A stretch of 64,000 nucleotides of DNA from Octopus vulgaris (lineage: Eukaryota). Every line of letters starts with the position of its first letter. Positions within the stretch are counted from its first letter, which is position 1. Positions 1 to 15,295 of the stretch are shown in pieces. The notes beneath the pieces are model-generated. The model made no database searches and had not been told where the DNA came from. It was given only the letters and a program-made list of their open reading frames with translations. The stretch spans positions 50,716,001 to 50,780,000 of the forward strand of contig OX597815.1 in assembly GCA_951406725.2 (NCBI GenBank), written 5' to 3'. The position numbers and the translations under genes were made by a program.

Positions 1-63
<63 letters not shown>
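1..63. repeat. (TCTG)n(TCTA)n compound tetranucleotide microsatellite
   Basis: Read directly; runs off the window start. Confidence 0.97.
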
Positions 64-64
<1 letters not shown>

Positions 65-659
65 CATATTTGTGCATCTTCGAAAATGTATAAAACACAA
101 AAATAAAAAGTTTACTCAAAATACAAATTATTTAAGAAATAAAGCATAGTATGGAAATGATTAATTTAATTAACCGCGGTATTATTTATTAGTTTATTAA
201 AATCATATAAATTTTCGAATGTTTATAAGACATCTTAAAGCGAAAATCATAACAACATTATGAAGGTTGCCGGCAAAGACATGTTGCTATACTGGTATGT
301 AAACATAAACAAACATTGCTTGGTCGTCCCGTTTGTACTCGTCTTCCTCCTGTCGTTTCAGCGACACAAAGATCGTTTATTTCTATGAAAGAGAGAAATT
401 TGATCATTTTAAAATATTACATTTCAGAACTGAAATTTGACTATGTTATTATTTTGCTCTCTGCTTCGTTTCAATATCTCTTTCGCCGAATGACTTACAA
501 GTGTAGTCAACCCGCTTTTACACCAGCCGACAAGTCTTGCCGTAAACTGGCGTGCAACATGTTATAGAAACTTTTCTAGCTTATTAATAAATAAAATAAG
601 ATTATTTTCACTGAATTCTACTGCTTTTTGTCTTGTTATATTTACTCAATCATAAAATT

Positions 660-830
660 ATGCAATCTAATCGCCCATCGGACGTTGTCAGATGTCGCAA
701 ATTTAAACTTGTCAACAAACCAACAGACGACCTCTACAAAATGGCGGCGGTAAGTTGCGAAATTTGTTTTTCATTGATAAATGGGATGGCTTGCGTCACA
801 GGAAGGACAGTGCTGATAAAATTTCAATGA
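660..830 (+). promoter_or_regulatory. Candidate CpG-rich promoter/first-exon region with YY1-type motif CAAAATGGCGGC (737-748)
   Basis: Unique CpG-retaining sequence. The motif matches the YY1 consensus, overlaps an ATG and is followed directly by GTAAGT. Confidence 0.55.
741..749 (+). CDS. Candidate micro first coding exon M-A-A (phase-0 donor)
   Basis: aaaATGGCGGCG|GTAAGT: A at -3, G at +4, perfect donor hexamer at 750-755. Too short to identify the product. Confidence 0.5.
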
Positions 831-1434
831 ATGAGTCATTCTGTCATTTTTTATTTTGTTTATTTATTTTTTATCTGCATAAAAGAAGAAACACTGTTTA
901 GTTTGTCTTCTTTTGTGAGAGTCTGCTGTCCCGTCCGGCTTGGTCTTAATGACACACACCAGTTGTCAGCTTCTGCTTGCAGTGTACAAGAGTAATGGCA
1001 CTCCACATCGGAGCCTGAATAATTGCCACTAGTTGTTTCTAAGTGCGATGCCAATGATAATGAATCATTATTATTGTTTTGTCGCATATTCACTATTTTT
1101 ATTCGTTTAATTTATTTGCTTATTATTTTGATTGGGACGGAGTGGGTGGGTTAGAATTTATATTTGTTTTATTATTATTATTATTATTATTATTTTTCCT
1201 CAGCTTATTATCCCAATTGTTATCCAATTCTAAGGACAGTTTTAAAGTAAATATCGATAGTCTATCTATTTTGTTTGGGAGACTGAGTCAGAGATGGGAG
1301 CGAGGAACCGCTTTCTCTCCTATGCTACCATCGACTAATGAATGAATAAATTCATTTATTTATCTTCATCCCTTGATTTTTTTAAACTACTTTCCTCTTC
1401 AATTCCTTCTGTTCTTTTCAATGTTTTCTTTCGT

Positions 1435-1504
<70 letters not shown>

Positions 1505-1679
1505 GTCAGCAAGTGACAAGCTGCAGTTGTGTTCTAAATATCAGTTTCGCTTCCTCCGTCAGTGCTGATAATAAACATTGCTAAAATACAGCTGATATGT
1601 GTCACACCTCATCCTATGTTTAACTCTGTTGTTATTCGTCGTCAATACTGCTACCTTCTTTGGGATGGAGCTGCATTAG

Positions 1680-1961
1680 AAGATAGATAGATACATACAT
1701 AGAGAGCTGAGCAGGTAGACATAGTACGTTTATAGTATAGTTAGAGGTAGAAAGGTAATAGTTATAGATAGGCAGATAAATAGATGGTAGATAGAAGGGT
1801 AGGTAGATAAATAGTGTGTGTACGTGAGAGAGAGAGAGAGAGAGAAAACAATAAGATAGAAAATGAATAGGTAACTAAGTAGAAAGACAGATAAAAGAGT
1901 AGACAGATCGCTAAATGGATTGTGGATAGGTAAACTGAAAGAAAGACAAACATGGAGCTAG

Positions 1962-2002
<41 letters not shown>

Positions 2003-2105
2003 CAAATAGACGGACGAGTTGATTGACAGACAGACAAATACGTAGATACAGATAGGTAGGTTGACAGAAAGACGGGTAGATAGATTGACGAATAGACAGA
2101 CAGAC

Positions 2106-2192
<87 letters not shown>
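1680..2192. repeat. (GATA)n/(GACA)n/(GA)n degenerate-to-pure microsatellite block
   Basis: Read directly; near-pure (GATA)n from about 2106 to 2190. Confidence 0.93.
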
Positions 2193-2440
2193 GCTATCAA
2201 TTTGAGAAGTGAACGCGTTTCACGTTTGTCACAGACACCTTTTTTTAATCACAATTATTACTGACGCAATTTATTAAAATTATCTCATCCTAAGATAAAT
2301 ATTTTCTTCGCCTAACCGTTCTCCCTCTACGTACACACGTTTTCCATCATACCAACGCATACTTAGAAGATAATATCACATACACGCACATAGCGCTCAT
2401 GCACGCACCATATATTTAAGTGCTGGTGCATCATGTTCCT

Positions 2441-2861
<421 letters not shown>

Positions 2862-3111
2862 GTGAATATGTACATCTATATGTTGACGTTGAAATACGCA
2901 CACGTTTCTTAGGATGCAATACATTGCAAAATAGATAAATTTATACACAAGTTCTGCAGGTCCCAAACAATATATATGCCAATTCCTGTAATTATGTTGT
3001 TGAGATATAATTTAATTTGAATACAGTTATTGTTGTGATTGGCGGTGTTTGTTCGTGAAATCCGTGTACAGGCCGAACTGTGTGAGGTTTCGGCTTACAT
3101 TTACACTATCA

Positions 3112-3145
<34 letters not shown>

Positions 3146-3369
3146 CGGTGTGTGTGTGTGCTTTGGTAACGAGAATTCGAGGAAGGGAAGAGGGATGATA
3201 GACCCCAAATTTTGGAGAAGAAAAATCGATTTTCAATAAGCGATGTTATGTGACATGATCAGTTTTTCACTTAGTGACCATCATCATACTGCTTGTTATT
3301 CATCACGAGCTTAATAAGTTTGTGTGTGATTGTGTGTGTGTGTGAGCGTGTGTCTTCCTTTTTCTCTTG

Positions 3370-3745
3370 CCGTTTCATCATCATCATCATCAGAATCGTC
3401 ATCGTCGCCCTCATCACCATCCTCATCATTGTTGTCGTTAAGGTGACTGCTACAAGTAATATCAAATCATTTGTTTTAATAAAGCTATTAAAATGATGAC
3501 AATGAGGACGGGGATGAAAGTTAATGATGGTGATGCTGGTGTTGATGATAAGGAGGACGTGTTGACTGTGATGATGACGATGAAGAGATGATAATGAAAA
3601 CCATAATCATCATCATCCTTATCATTATCATCTTTATTCTCATACTTATCATCATCATCATCATAACAGGGGACGATGACCAGAAGGGCGATGACCGTGA
3701 TGACATCGATGATGTAGAGATGATGCCAATGATGATGGTGATTTA
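3370..3745. repeat. Degenerate (CAT)n/(GAT)n trinucleotide region with alternating orientation
   Basis: Read directly; explains the poly-M, poly-I and poly-D ORFs. Confidence 0.8.
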
Positions 3746-3916
3746 ATGATTTAATGATTATAGCACAACGATAAGCCTTGTCGACGATTGGGTTTAGGCT
3801 TACAGGTCGAGTTTGTGACGGACAAATTCATCGTCGTAGACTAACTAGACTCAGAACTATTATTATTGCTGTTGTGACGCTGTTGTTACCAAGTGATATT
3901 GGCTCTTGGGTCGGAT

Positions 3917-3971
<55 letters not shown>

Positions 3972-4479
3972 ATGTGTGTGTGTGGAGAGAGAGTGAGCTG
4001 GGGAGAAAGAGAGAGCATGTATGTGCACGCGCACACACATACACAAACATTATGTGTGTGTGTGTATGTGAGTTTTATTGATTTTATTTTGAATGTGACA
4101 TCCCATCCAAGTCTAAATCTTTCTCTCTTTCTCTTTCTTTCCCACTCACCCCTCCCATGTGTAGTCTCCGAATCTCTCTCTCTCCCTCTCTTTGTGTCCT
4201 CTTTCCCTCTTTCAAACTACTAGTGCATTTGCAGAAGCGATTGATGTCGCTAAATGACCTCACTTGCCAATGCGACATTCAACTCAAAACAAACCGAGAG
4301 TCTGACATACCAACACACACGCGCTTGCGCGCGCGCAAATACTCATTCACACACACACACAGACCCGCACCCATTCACATACACTGACATGTGTACACGC
4401 GTGCTTTTCGGCAGTGCGTGTGCACATGTGCCCATGCGTTCATTTCTCTCTGTGTGTGCACGCGGTTGTATATTGACAT

Positions 4480-4562
4480 TTAGATAGGTAGATGGAGATT
4501 AAGTAGATAGATAAATAAAAGTATATATATATATAGAGAGAGAAAGAGAGATAGAGACAGAC

Positions 4563-4621
<59 letters not shown>

Positions 4622-4629
4622 GAGGCAGT

Positions 4630-4674
<45 letters not shown>

Positions 4675-4683
4675 GGATAGATG

Positions 4684-4728
<45 letters not shown>
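4480..4728. repeat. (GATA)n microsatellite
   Basis: Read directly. Confidence 0.95.
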
Positions 4729-4729
<1 letters not shown>

Positions 4730-5837
4730 AGGGATTTTAAGCAGGGCAAATGGCTTCATCATATCATATCATAGCAGGGTTGCCGGCCGCTTTGCCAATG
4801 TTTTTGCTGGCTCTGACAGGCGTGGGCACGGTGCCGACTGCTGTCTAGTTGACAGTACTCGCGTGCTGGAAACCTCCCCTAAGCATCACCATCATATCAC
4901 ATCAAGCACTCTCACATCATATCAGTCGCTTGCTTGTGTGTGTGTGTATGTGTATGTGTGCGCGCGCGCCCCTCCACCCCTACCCCCACCCCACAACACT
5001 TCCTCTTGCCTGCCTGCCTGCCGCACAGTGGGACGATATATAGATATTACGTACATGTTGATGACGACAATGATAACGATGATGCTGATGATGGCGGTGA
5101 TGACGACGACGTCGATGATGATGATGATGACGACGACGATCATGGACATGTAGAGGACGAGGACGGATGAAGCTGGGGAGAAAAAATAAAAGTCACTAGA
5201 AAGAGAAAACGATATAAGTGAAGAGAGAGAAAGAGGCTGAGAGGCAAGAACATACACACGCCGTCGACGAAACAGCTTACCCATCCATACATACCAACTG
5301 CCCTAAAGTATAGTAGTCGAGAAAGAGACAAGACACACACACATTTACTAAGAAGAGACACCGAGAATGTAAACTTTTTTTTATACATACGCATATATAT
5401 ATGTATATCAATGCTGTACGTACTAACGTAACACATTCATTATTTTGCCTGTAAATTATACATCATCACAAACTCGCACACGCACACATACACGTCTTGT
5501 ATATTTTGAAGATATGTATAAATATATGTATAATGTATAATACATATATACGTTAAAAAAAACACAAACAAAAAGCACCTGAGACAATTAGAAAACGCAC
5601 ATTCACAATTGAGAGAACCAGCAGAAGAAGAAAGTAAAGAAAGAAAAAAAACCCAACAAATTATAAGTAAATTTTCGTCATTGTCAAATGTGGCCTTTTA
5701 TCGTCGAGTACATGACATTAAGTGATCAGGAATAGGTCAGAGATGGTACTACAATTACGGTTGGGATGTTGTCTCAGTTATCTCCACCAAAGAGTCTTTC
5801 ATGGGCTTGCCAAGGCAGTAATGTATATTATTATTAC

Positions 5838-5880
<43 letters not shown>

Positions 5881-6380
5881 GAAAGATACGTTGTTTGTTC
5901 ACCCCAAATGAATGTGCGTGTTTGTGGTGGTGTGTTTGGTTGTATGTGTGTGTGTGTATAAGAGAGACAGAGAAAAAGTGTGTGTGTGTGTGAAATTTTG
6001 AGAAAGTATCATTGTTTGTCCTATAACAAGTACAAGTGATAAAACGAGGTTATAGGATTAAATCACGAAATAATAATAATTGTAAATGCGAGCAAATTGA
6101 AAAAAAGAAATAAAGGGATAAAAAGAAGACAGTGATAGAGAAAGAGAAGGTGAAAGACGGCAGGATCGATATTATGTTACAGTCCCCAAAAATGTTGTTT
6201 CTCTTGTCTCCTTGTGTCCTTTTATTCTGCACTTTACATATCTCTAGTGTGGCATCATCGATGTCGTGATTTTTCTCTCCTCTCAGCATCTTCATCTATA
6301 ATATCTCCATGTGTGTCGGGGAAAGAGTGCGAGAGTGTGTGTGTGAGTGTGTGAATGTGTGTATGCATGTGTGTGAGTAA

Positions 6381-6411
<31 letters not shown>

Positions 6412-7079
6412 AACATACACATAGGCTAATAGATAGACGGAAAGATAAATGTAGACGGAGACGGACAGATAGATAGATAGGTAGATAGATAGATAGATAG
6501 ACAAACAGATAGATAGATATGTATGTTTTTTGATATCTATATGTACACTTTTTAAGTGTGGCGTGTGTCAGCGCGTGCGGGCGCGTGTATATGTGCGTGC
6601 CTGTGTACTTCTTGTCTGTGCCTGTATAGCAATATATGTTTGTGCGTGCGTCTCTTTACGTGTGTGTGTCTGTTAATTTGTCTCTGTGTTTGCGTGTGTG
6701 TGTGAGTATCTGTGTGACTTATTTGTTTCTGCCTGCTTTTACCCCCGCATCACATTCCTCCAGAGGGTCCGTCTCTGCCTTTGCTACTGCTGCCTACACA
6801 ATACTACTATTACTGTTACTACTACTACTACTATTATTACTATTACTACTACTGTTACTACTGTTTTTGCTGCAACAAGCCTCCTGGTTGTCATCCTCCT
6901 TCAATCTCTGTCTTCCACCCACCAACCCTCCCACACTTCGTTCTTCTTTATCTTTGCGCCCCACCACCCTATCGTTTAAACTCTCTCTCTCTTTCTCTCT
7001 CTATTTTTCTATCCATCCCTTTCATCTCCCTCGTCTCTCTGTCACTTTCTATCTGTCTCCCCTCCCAATAACATAAATT

Positions 7080-7580
7080 TGTCATGGTCGGTCGGTGTCG
7101 CAGAACACAATTACCGTCAGATTGATTGACAAAACGAGAATTTTAATCAAGAGCATGCACATTAGCATAACCATATGGTATTAAAGTGCCATCTGTGTCT
7201 TTGACTGGAGTGGCACATCATTGATTGATAAAGGAAGAAAATTATGGCCGTTCTGTATAGGCATGTCCTTGCCAAGTAGCTGTGACATTCGTCCGCTGCA
7301 GTCCTCTCTCACTCTCGCATCGGGCTCAGCATCATTGATCCATTCACTACGACGGTACTGTACGTTGCTGGCGGGGCCCACTGCATCGGCAACTCGCAAA
7401 GCGACCAACGACATAACATAGTAGGGGACGTCAGCTTTGACCCAGTCAGGAATTTTTACTTCTCTGTCTTCTTCAACAAGCTGCATCAACGTCTCAAGAG
7501 GATAACCATATTTCTGTCGTGATCCAAGGAAAACTTGTGGCTGGCGGTAGGAATTTCCTTCACCCCTACCTTTGCATTCA
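7080..7580. promoter_or_regulatory. Unique CpG-rich island with clustered TF-like motifs (candidate enhancer or alternative promoter)
   Basis: TGATTGAC and TGATTGAT (Pbx/Meis/Hox-like), ATTAGCAT (POU octamer variant), and CATATG and CATCTG E-boxes lie within ~110 bp (about 7122-7230), in non-repetitive sequence between microsatellites. Confidence 0.4.
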
Positions 7581-8585
7581 TACTTAGACTTTTGTTTCTC
7601 TCTCTTTTTTTTTTCCTGTCCGTTTTTTTTTCTTTCTGGTTCTTTTTGTTCTTTTTCCTTTTCATCCTTCATCTCTATCAACAATAATTGCTTAAACTAA
7701 TCAACCGTTTAGAGAGCATTTTAATTACACATATAAGGGACACAAGAGAATGAAATATTAGTATTCGGAAAGGCTTCTTTCTTTCTTTCTTTTTTCTTTC
7801 TCAATGTCTTCGTCCTCTGTGTCGTCTTGTGAATTAGAGATGATGATGAAGGCTTTGTCATCCCTTGTTTGCTCTGTGGTCATGCTACAAACTCCAAATT
7901 AATATTCTCTCTATCGATATGCATCTGTCGTTTTAGACGAACACACACACTCTCTCAAACACACACACACACATTCGTACACTCTTTCTCTCTCTCTCAC
8001 ACACACTCTCTCTCTCTCTCTTACACACTCACTCACTCGCACACATACACACACACGAACATACATAGACACATGCCCTGTCGTATACGAACATAAACTC
8101 ATACATGCATATGCACTCACCCATTCTTTTCCTCTCTCCTGCTTTCTCTCTTTCTCTCCTTTTGGATGTCCTCTGAGAATGTAAGTTATTGATTGTGTCT
8201 ACTGGTGTTTTCTCTCTCTCTCTCTTTCTCCCTCTCTCCTTTTCTTTCTCTTTCTCCATCTCTCTGTATTTCCTTGTCTCCTTTTAGGTAGTTGATGGCA
8301 TTTTTCTTTTCTTTTCTTTTTAATTACAGTTGTTTGTGTGTATATACATTATTTCCCCCTCGCAAAGTCAAGCGATCATCATCATTATTATTTTTATTAT
8401 TATATGTATATTTTTTTGATTCAAGGAGTGTGTGTGATATTTGTGTGAGAGAGTATAGTTGTCGTCACTATCCTGACAGTAAGCCTGGAGCTATTCAAAC
8501 CTAAATTTGGTTTGTCTGCTATCCATTTCACTAGGGTCCCCAGTTCTCTGACTGAAATCCTCGACATGCCGATATCCAGCCAGCA

Positions 8586-8600
8586 ATGAAGCCACTTGAG
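8586..8600 (+). CDS. Candidate short alternative first coding exon M-K-P-L-E (phase-0 donor)
   Basis: gcaATGAAGCCACTTGAG|GTAAAT, with an in-frame stop upstream at 8553-8555. It sits at the end of a ~140-bp unique segment followed by low-complexity intron-like DNA. Confidence 0.3.
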
Positions 8601-9099
8601 GTAAATATTTTTCTCTTCATATATATAAATAATATAAACTCGTGGTGTGTGTGTGTGTGTATGTTTGTGTGTGTGTGTGTGTGCTTGTGTGCGTGCGAAC
8701 GCGTATGTGTGTTCGCGTATGTATGTGTGTGTATTATTATATATATGCGTGTGTGCGCGCTTGCATGTGTTTTGGAAACTACTTCCAGTTTGTTTTGCAC
8801 ACTTTCTGTTGGTTGCACTGATGTATAGTAATGTGAATATCGGAAAATCTAATTGAAAAATAAATAAAGAACGAAAGAAAGAAAGAAATCGTTAAGACGA
8901 AGATTATTCCGAAGCAATCAGGAAAAATTCTGTGAAGATGTAGTAGATTCTTTCTGTTTTCCAATGCTGATCGGGACGCAAAAATAATTTCTTCACTGTA
9001 CTGTTTATAATTAAAAAGAAAAAGAAAAAGAAAAAAAGAGAAAAGAAATGAAATTATTTTTGTTTGTTGTGGTGGTGTTGTGTTGTTTAAATTCCTGGT

Positions 9100-10365
9100 T
9101 TGTTAGTTTGTCGTGTATTTTGTTCGAAAGACTGTAAAATCGTGTTCGTTAACTGTTGTTTCGATTTCGTGTTGCAAACACTTAGAGTAAATTAAAGTTG
9201 AATAGCTAAAGAACGGGAGCCTGTATTTATATGAATGTTCTTTCATGCAGTAGCGGGAAAGAACGTGCTTGCTTCTCGATATTCTGAAATCTTCGGAGTT
9301 CACTGCAATAATTATGATGTCATTCCAATAGAGTGTAGGAAAATATGGATCAGTTTACTTGAAAGATACAGAATCACTTGTGGACTTAGTACTGGCTCAT
9401 CAAATCGCTTCGTCCTTGAGGTTAAGCTTACACTCGAAGGGAGAGGGAGGTGCAGCAAAAGGGGAGGAGAATCAGTTGTAACTGGGTGGGGTGGGGGGAG
9501 GAATCAAGAGAAGCGATTCTAAAAATTTCTAGCGTTGGCAGTTGTTGAGATGAATTAGACTTCCCCCCTCGAGGGCCTGTCACAGAGAGCGTGTGGTGGT
9601 TGTTCCACTCTGCTCTGTCTGTCATAGGGCCCGTTGTTGTCCATTGAGAGAAACCATCCCCTTCTTATTGATTGATATTGATCTAGCGCACTAATTATTG
9701 TAGATTGTGGCTGCTCAACCACTCAGAAGCGGTGTGTGCATTCTCGATTATGAACCTCTACTTGTGACATGTGCCTGCTTGCAGCATACCATGCATGTTT
9801 ATGAGACCAAACACAAAGTGCGATTTCAAAAGCAACAGACACCAAGTAGTAGTCATTATAACAGGATATGACAGTTGGCTGCCAATTTTTTGGCACAGGC
9901 TGCAGTTTAATTATAGTGATGGGACTTGGCGATCTACCTTTTAGAAACAATAGGAAGATGAAGAGGAGAGAGCTTTGAATGGACCAAACCAAGAATCCGA
10001 CTATATTCATGATGACAAAGATCTGAAGAACTTTTAAAAAAGGCATGTCACGACTGAATCTTTTATATCCAAAGTTAGCACGCATTTGGGAAAGATTTAT
10101 TTGAAGTTGCAGCTGTACCAGAAGTAAATTGACTAGAAGATGCATTTAACTTGTGAACATTTAAGGATTAGAATTTTATAATTACTAAAGGTGTTTCTCT
10201 CAAATTTTTTTTTTTTTTTTGAAAGTATTAAATTATCAAGAACACCACTTAAGGCTTTTTTTTCCCCAAAATTTTCATAGATCTTAATCTCTTAAAGAGA
10301 TATTGAAAATAAACATATATTAGTAAATAAATTTAAAGGAGAAGAGAAAAAAATAAACAAGCATC
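9100..10365 (+). other. Putative long 5' leader/promoter-proximal region of the exon ending at 10488
   Basis: About 1.2 kb of almost repeat-free unique sequence starting near an Inr-like TTAGTT (~9103), with several short upstream ORFs, running into ATG 10366. The TSS position is an inference. Confidence 0.4.
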
Positions 10366-10488
10366 ATGGTTTCAAGCGGTAATATTATAGGGAGAAAGTT
10401 TGGTCCTGGAAAAAAATTTCTTCCCGACAATTTTCAAATGACATATGACATGGTAACTCCTGCATTTGGATTTCTGAAGATTTCTAAG
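10366..10488 (+). CDS. Candidate first coding exon, 41 aa: MVSSGNIIGRKFGPGKKFLPDNFQMTYDMVTPAFGFLKISK (unidentified gene; rest probably beyond the window)
   Basis: Good start context (atcATGG), 123 nt open, ends exactly at AAG|GTAATT (phase 0). Composition is more complex than the A/T-rich flanks. Below the ORF-track length cut-off. Confidence 0.6.
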
Positions 10489-11723
10489 GTAATTAAAAAA
10501 CCACAATAATAATAGCTTTCTTTCTTTCATTTGATTATGTTAACTTTTCCATTTTCATGTTAGACATTATTCAATTGCGTATATAGAAACATGGAAAAAA
10601 CTTTACAACTCTGTTCCCATGTATATTGTAGTTGTAGTTTGATAGTGGTTTTGTGTTGAAAGCAGTCTCACTTCACTTTTCAGCATGCTAATTCGTCTTC
10701 TTCTCCTTTTCTTTCTTTCTTTTTTTTATATTTATTGTCTTATATCATTTATATTACTTTTATCCATATTTTTATTGTTTTCGTTCATGGGAAGTGATGA
10801 ATGAGTGAGTTCTCTTCAATAAAGTTATTCATCTCGTCTTTCTTTCTTTCTTTCAATGCAGTAAAGAAAACAAAAAAAAAAAAGAAATGCAATTAACTCC
10901 ATACAATTGGAAACTTTCTTTAGCCAATTTCCCATAAGTAAAAGAAAAACAAAAGAAAAAGAGAGAAAAAAAGGGATTAATTAGATTTGTAATCTAAAAG
11001 TGAAGAATGATATTTGTCAAGGGGGTTATATATTTTTCACATTCTAAAATTCCATTTGTTGATTCTTCTGGCTTAAGTACCCCCACTTCCAGTTGTGTTT
11101 TCTTCAGTGTTATTTATCTCTCTTCTATCTTAATCATTTCTTCTCGCCAATCACTCAAAGCAACTAATAAGAAACAAAATGACAACAAATATTAAGTTCT
11201 GCAGTATTTTATTAGAAAATATTTTATTTCATATCAATTTATTCTAAAATATAAAAAAAAGAACAATAGAGGGAAAAATAATTTACTGTTTCAACTTTTA
11301 TCTTGGTCTTTTACCATAAAATATAACTTTTCATTCTAAATATACCTATCCATAGATGATCAATTTCTGTAATATCTTCCCCTTCCAGCTTCTTCCAAAA
11401 TAGTATTTGAGAATTGGAATTTTATTACTTTTTTTTTTCCAGAACGTGGTTGTTGTTTATTTTGCAATAAAGTCCATACTATTTTTATGGTCAGTAGTAA
11501 AAAAAGCTAAAATTCTTTGGAGATATAAGCATTTAAGATAGTTTATTATAAGTTTTCATTTTTAGAAGGTTTATATTCACTGAAGCTACATTAAGTGATC
11601 TTTATTATAAATACAACTTACTTCATTGCTATTGCTATATCTGAAGTAATGGAGAAAGTTATCACTTTAAAAGTTTTGAAACACTGTGTATATTTGAAAT
11701 ATCATACATATGTGTATGTGTAA

Positions 11724-11763
<40 letters not shown>

Positions 11764-11954
11764 CAAAGGTTTACTTTTTATTTTCAAATTCTATGATTAG
11801 CTGAGATAGATACAAAAAGTGATGTGTCCTTTTTTATTAAGTTCTAACAAGCACATGTTTACCTGTTCGTTTGTATTGATAAATGTCCCTACCTTCTCAC
11901 ACACAAAGTCATGTAGTGAAATAATCTTCAAGTAAATTAAAGTATACATATCAT

Positions 11955-15100
<3,146 letters not shown>

Positions 15101-15184
15101 TGTAGGTCCCGGGTTGAGTCGGGGTTAACCACAGTAAATAAGGTACTCAATACATAGCAGAGTAAATTAATTTATTTTATAGAA

Positions 15185-15240
15185 GGAGCTTCTACAGGAC
15201 TAGAACTGTTTCATTCAAAAGAAATCATCAGGAAGCTTCC
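15185..15240 (-). ncRNA. Type I hammerhead ribozyme motif (identical mirror copy)
   Basis: Follows from the perfect palindrome; same sequence as 15231-15286 on the + strand. Confidence 0.75.
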
Positions 15241-15286
15241 TGATGATTTCTTTTGAATGAAACAGTTCTAGTCCTGTAGAAGCTCC
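15231..15286 (+). ncRNA. Type I hammerhead ribozyme motif
   Basis: Stem I GG(A)AGCUUC/GAAGCUCC; core CUGAUGA 15240-15246; short stem II UUC-UUUU-GAA; GAAA 15259-15262; stem III ACAG/CUGU; GUA cleavage triplet ending at 15278. Confidence 0.75.
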
Positions 15287-15295
15287 TTCTATAAA

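Noticed and set aside
260-300. ATG...CTG|GTATGT possible exon (MKVAGKDMLLY)
   Set aside because: Phase-2 donor inconsistent with the other candidates, and no further support.
7181-7684. 167-aa - strand ORF as a confident CDS
   Set aside because: The N-terminus comes from a purine-rich low-complexity tract, no domain is recognised, and it is antisense to the inferred gene. Kept only as a caveat in the findings.
9461-9501. G-quadruplex in the putative leader
   Set aside because: Only three closely spaced G3+ tracts; the fourth is ~19 nt away, so support is weak.
9723-10145. 140-aa - strand ORF
   Set aside because: No recognisable motif; it lies antisense to the putative 5' leader and is likely a chance ORF.
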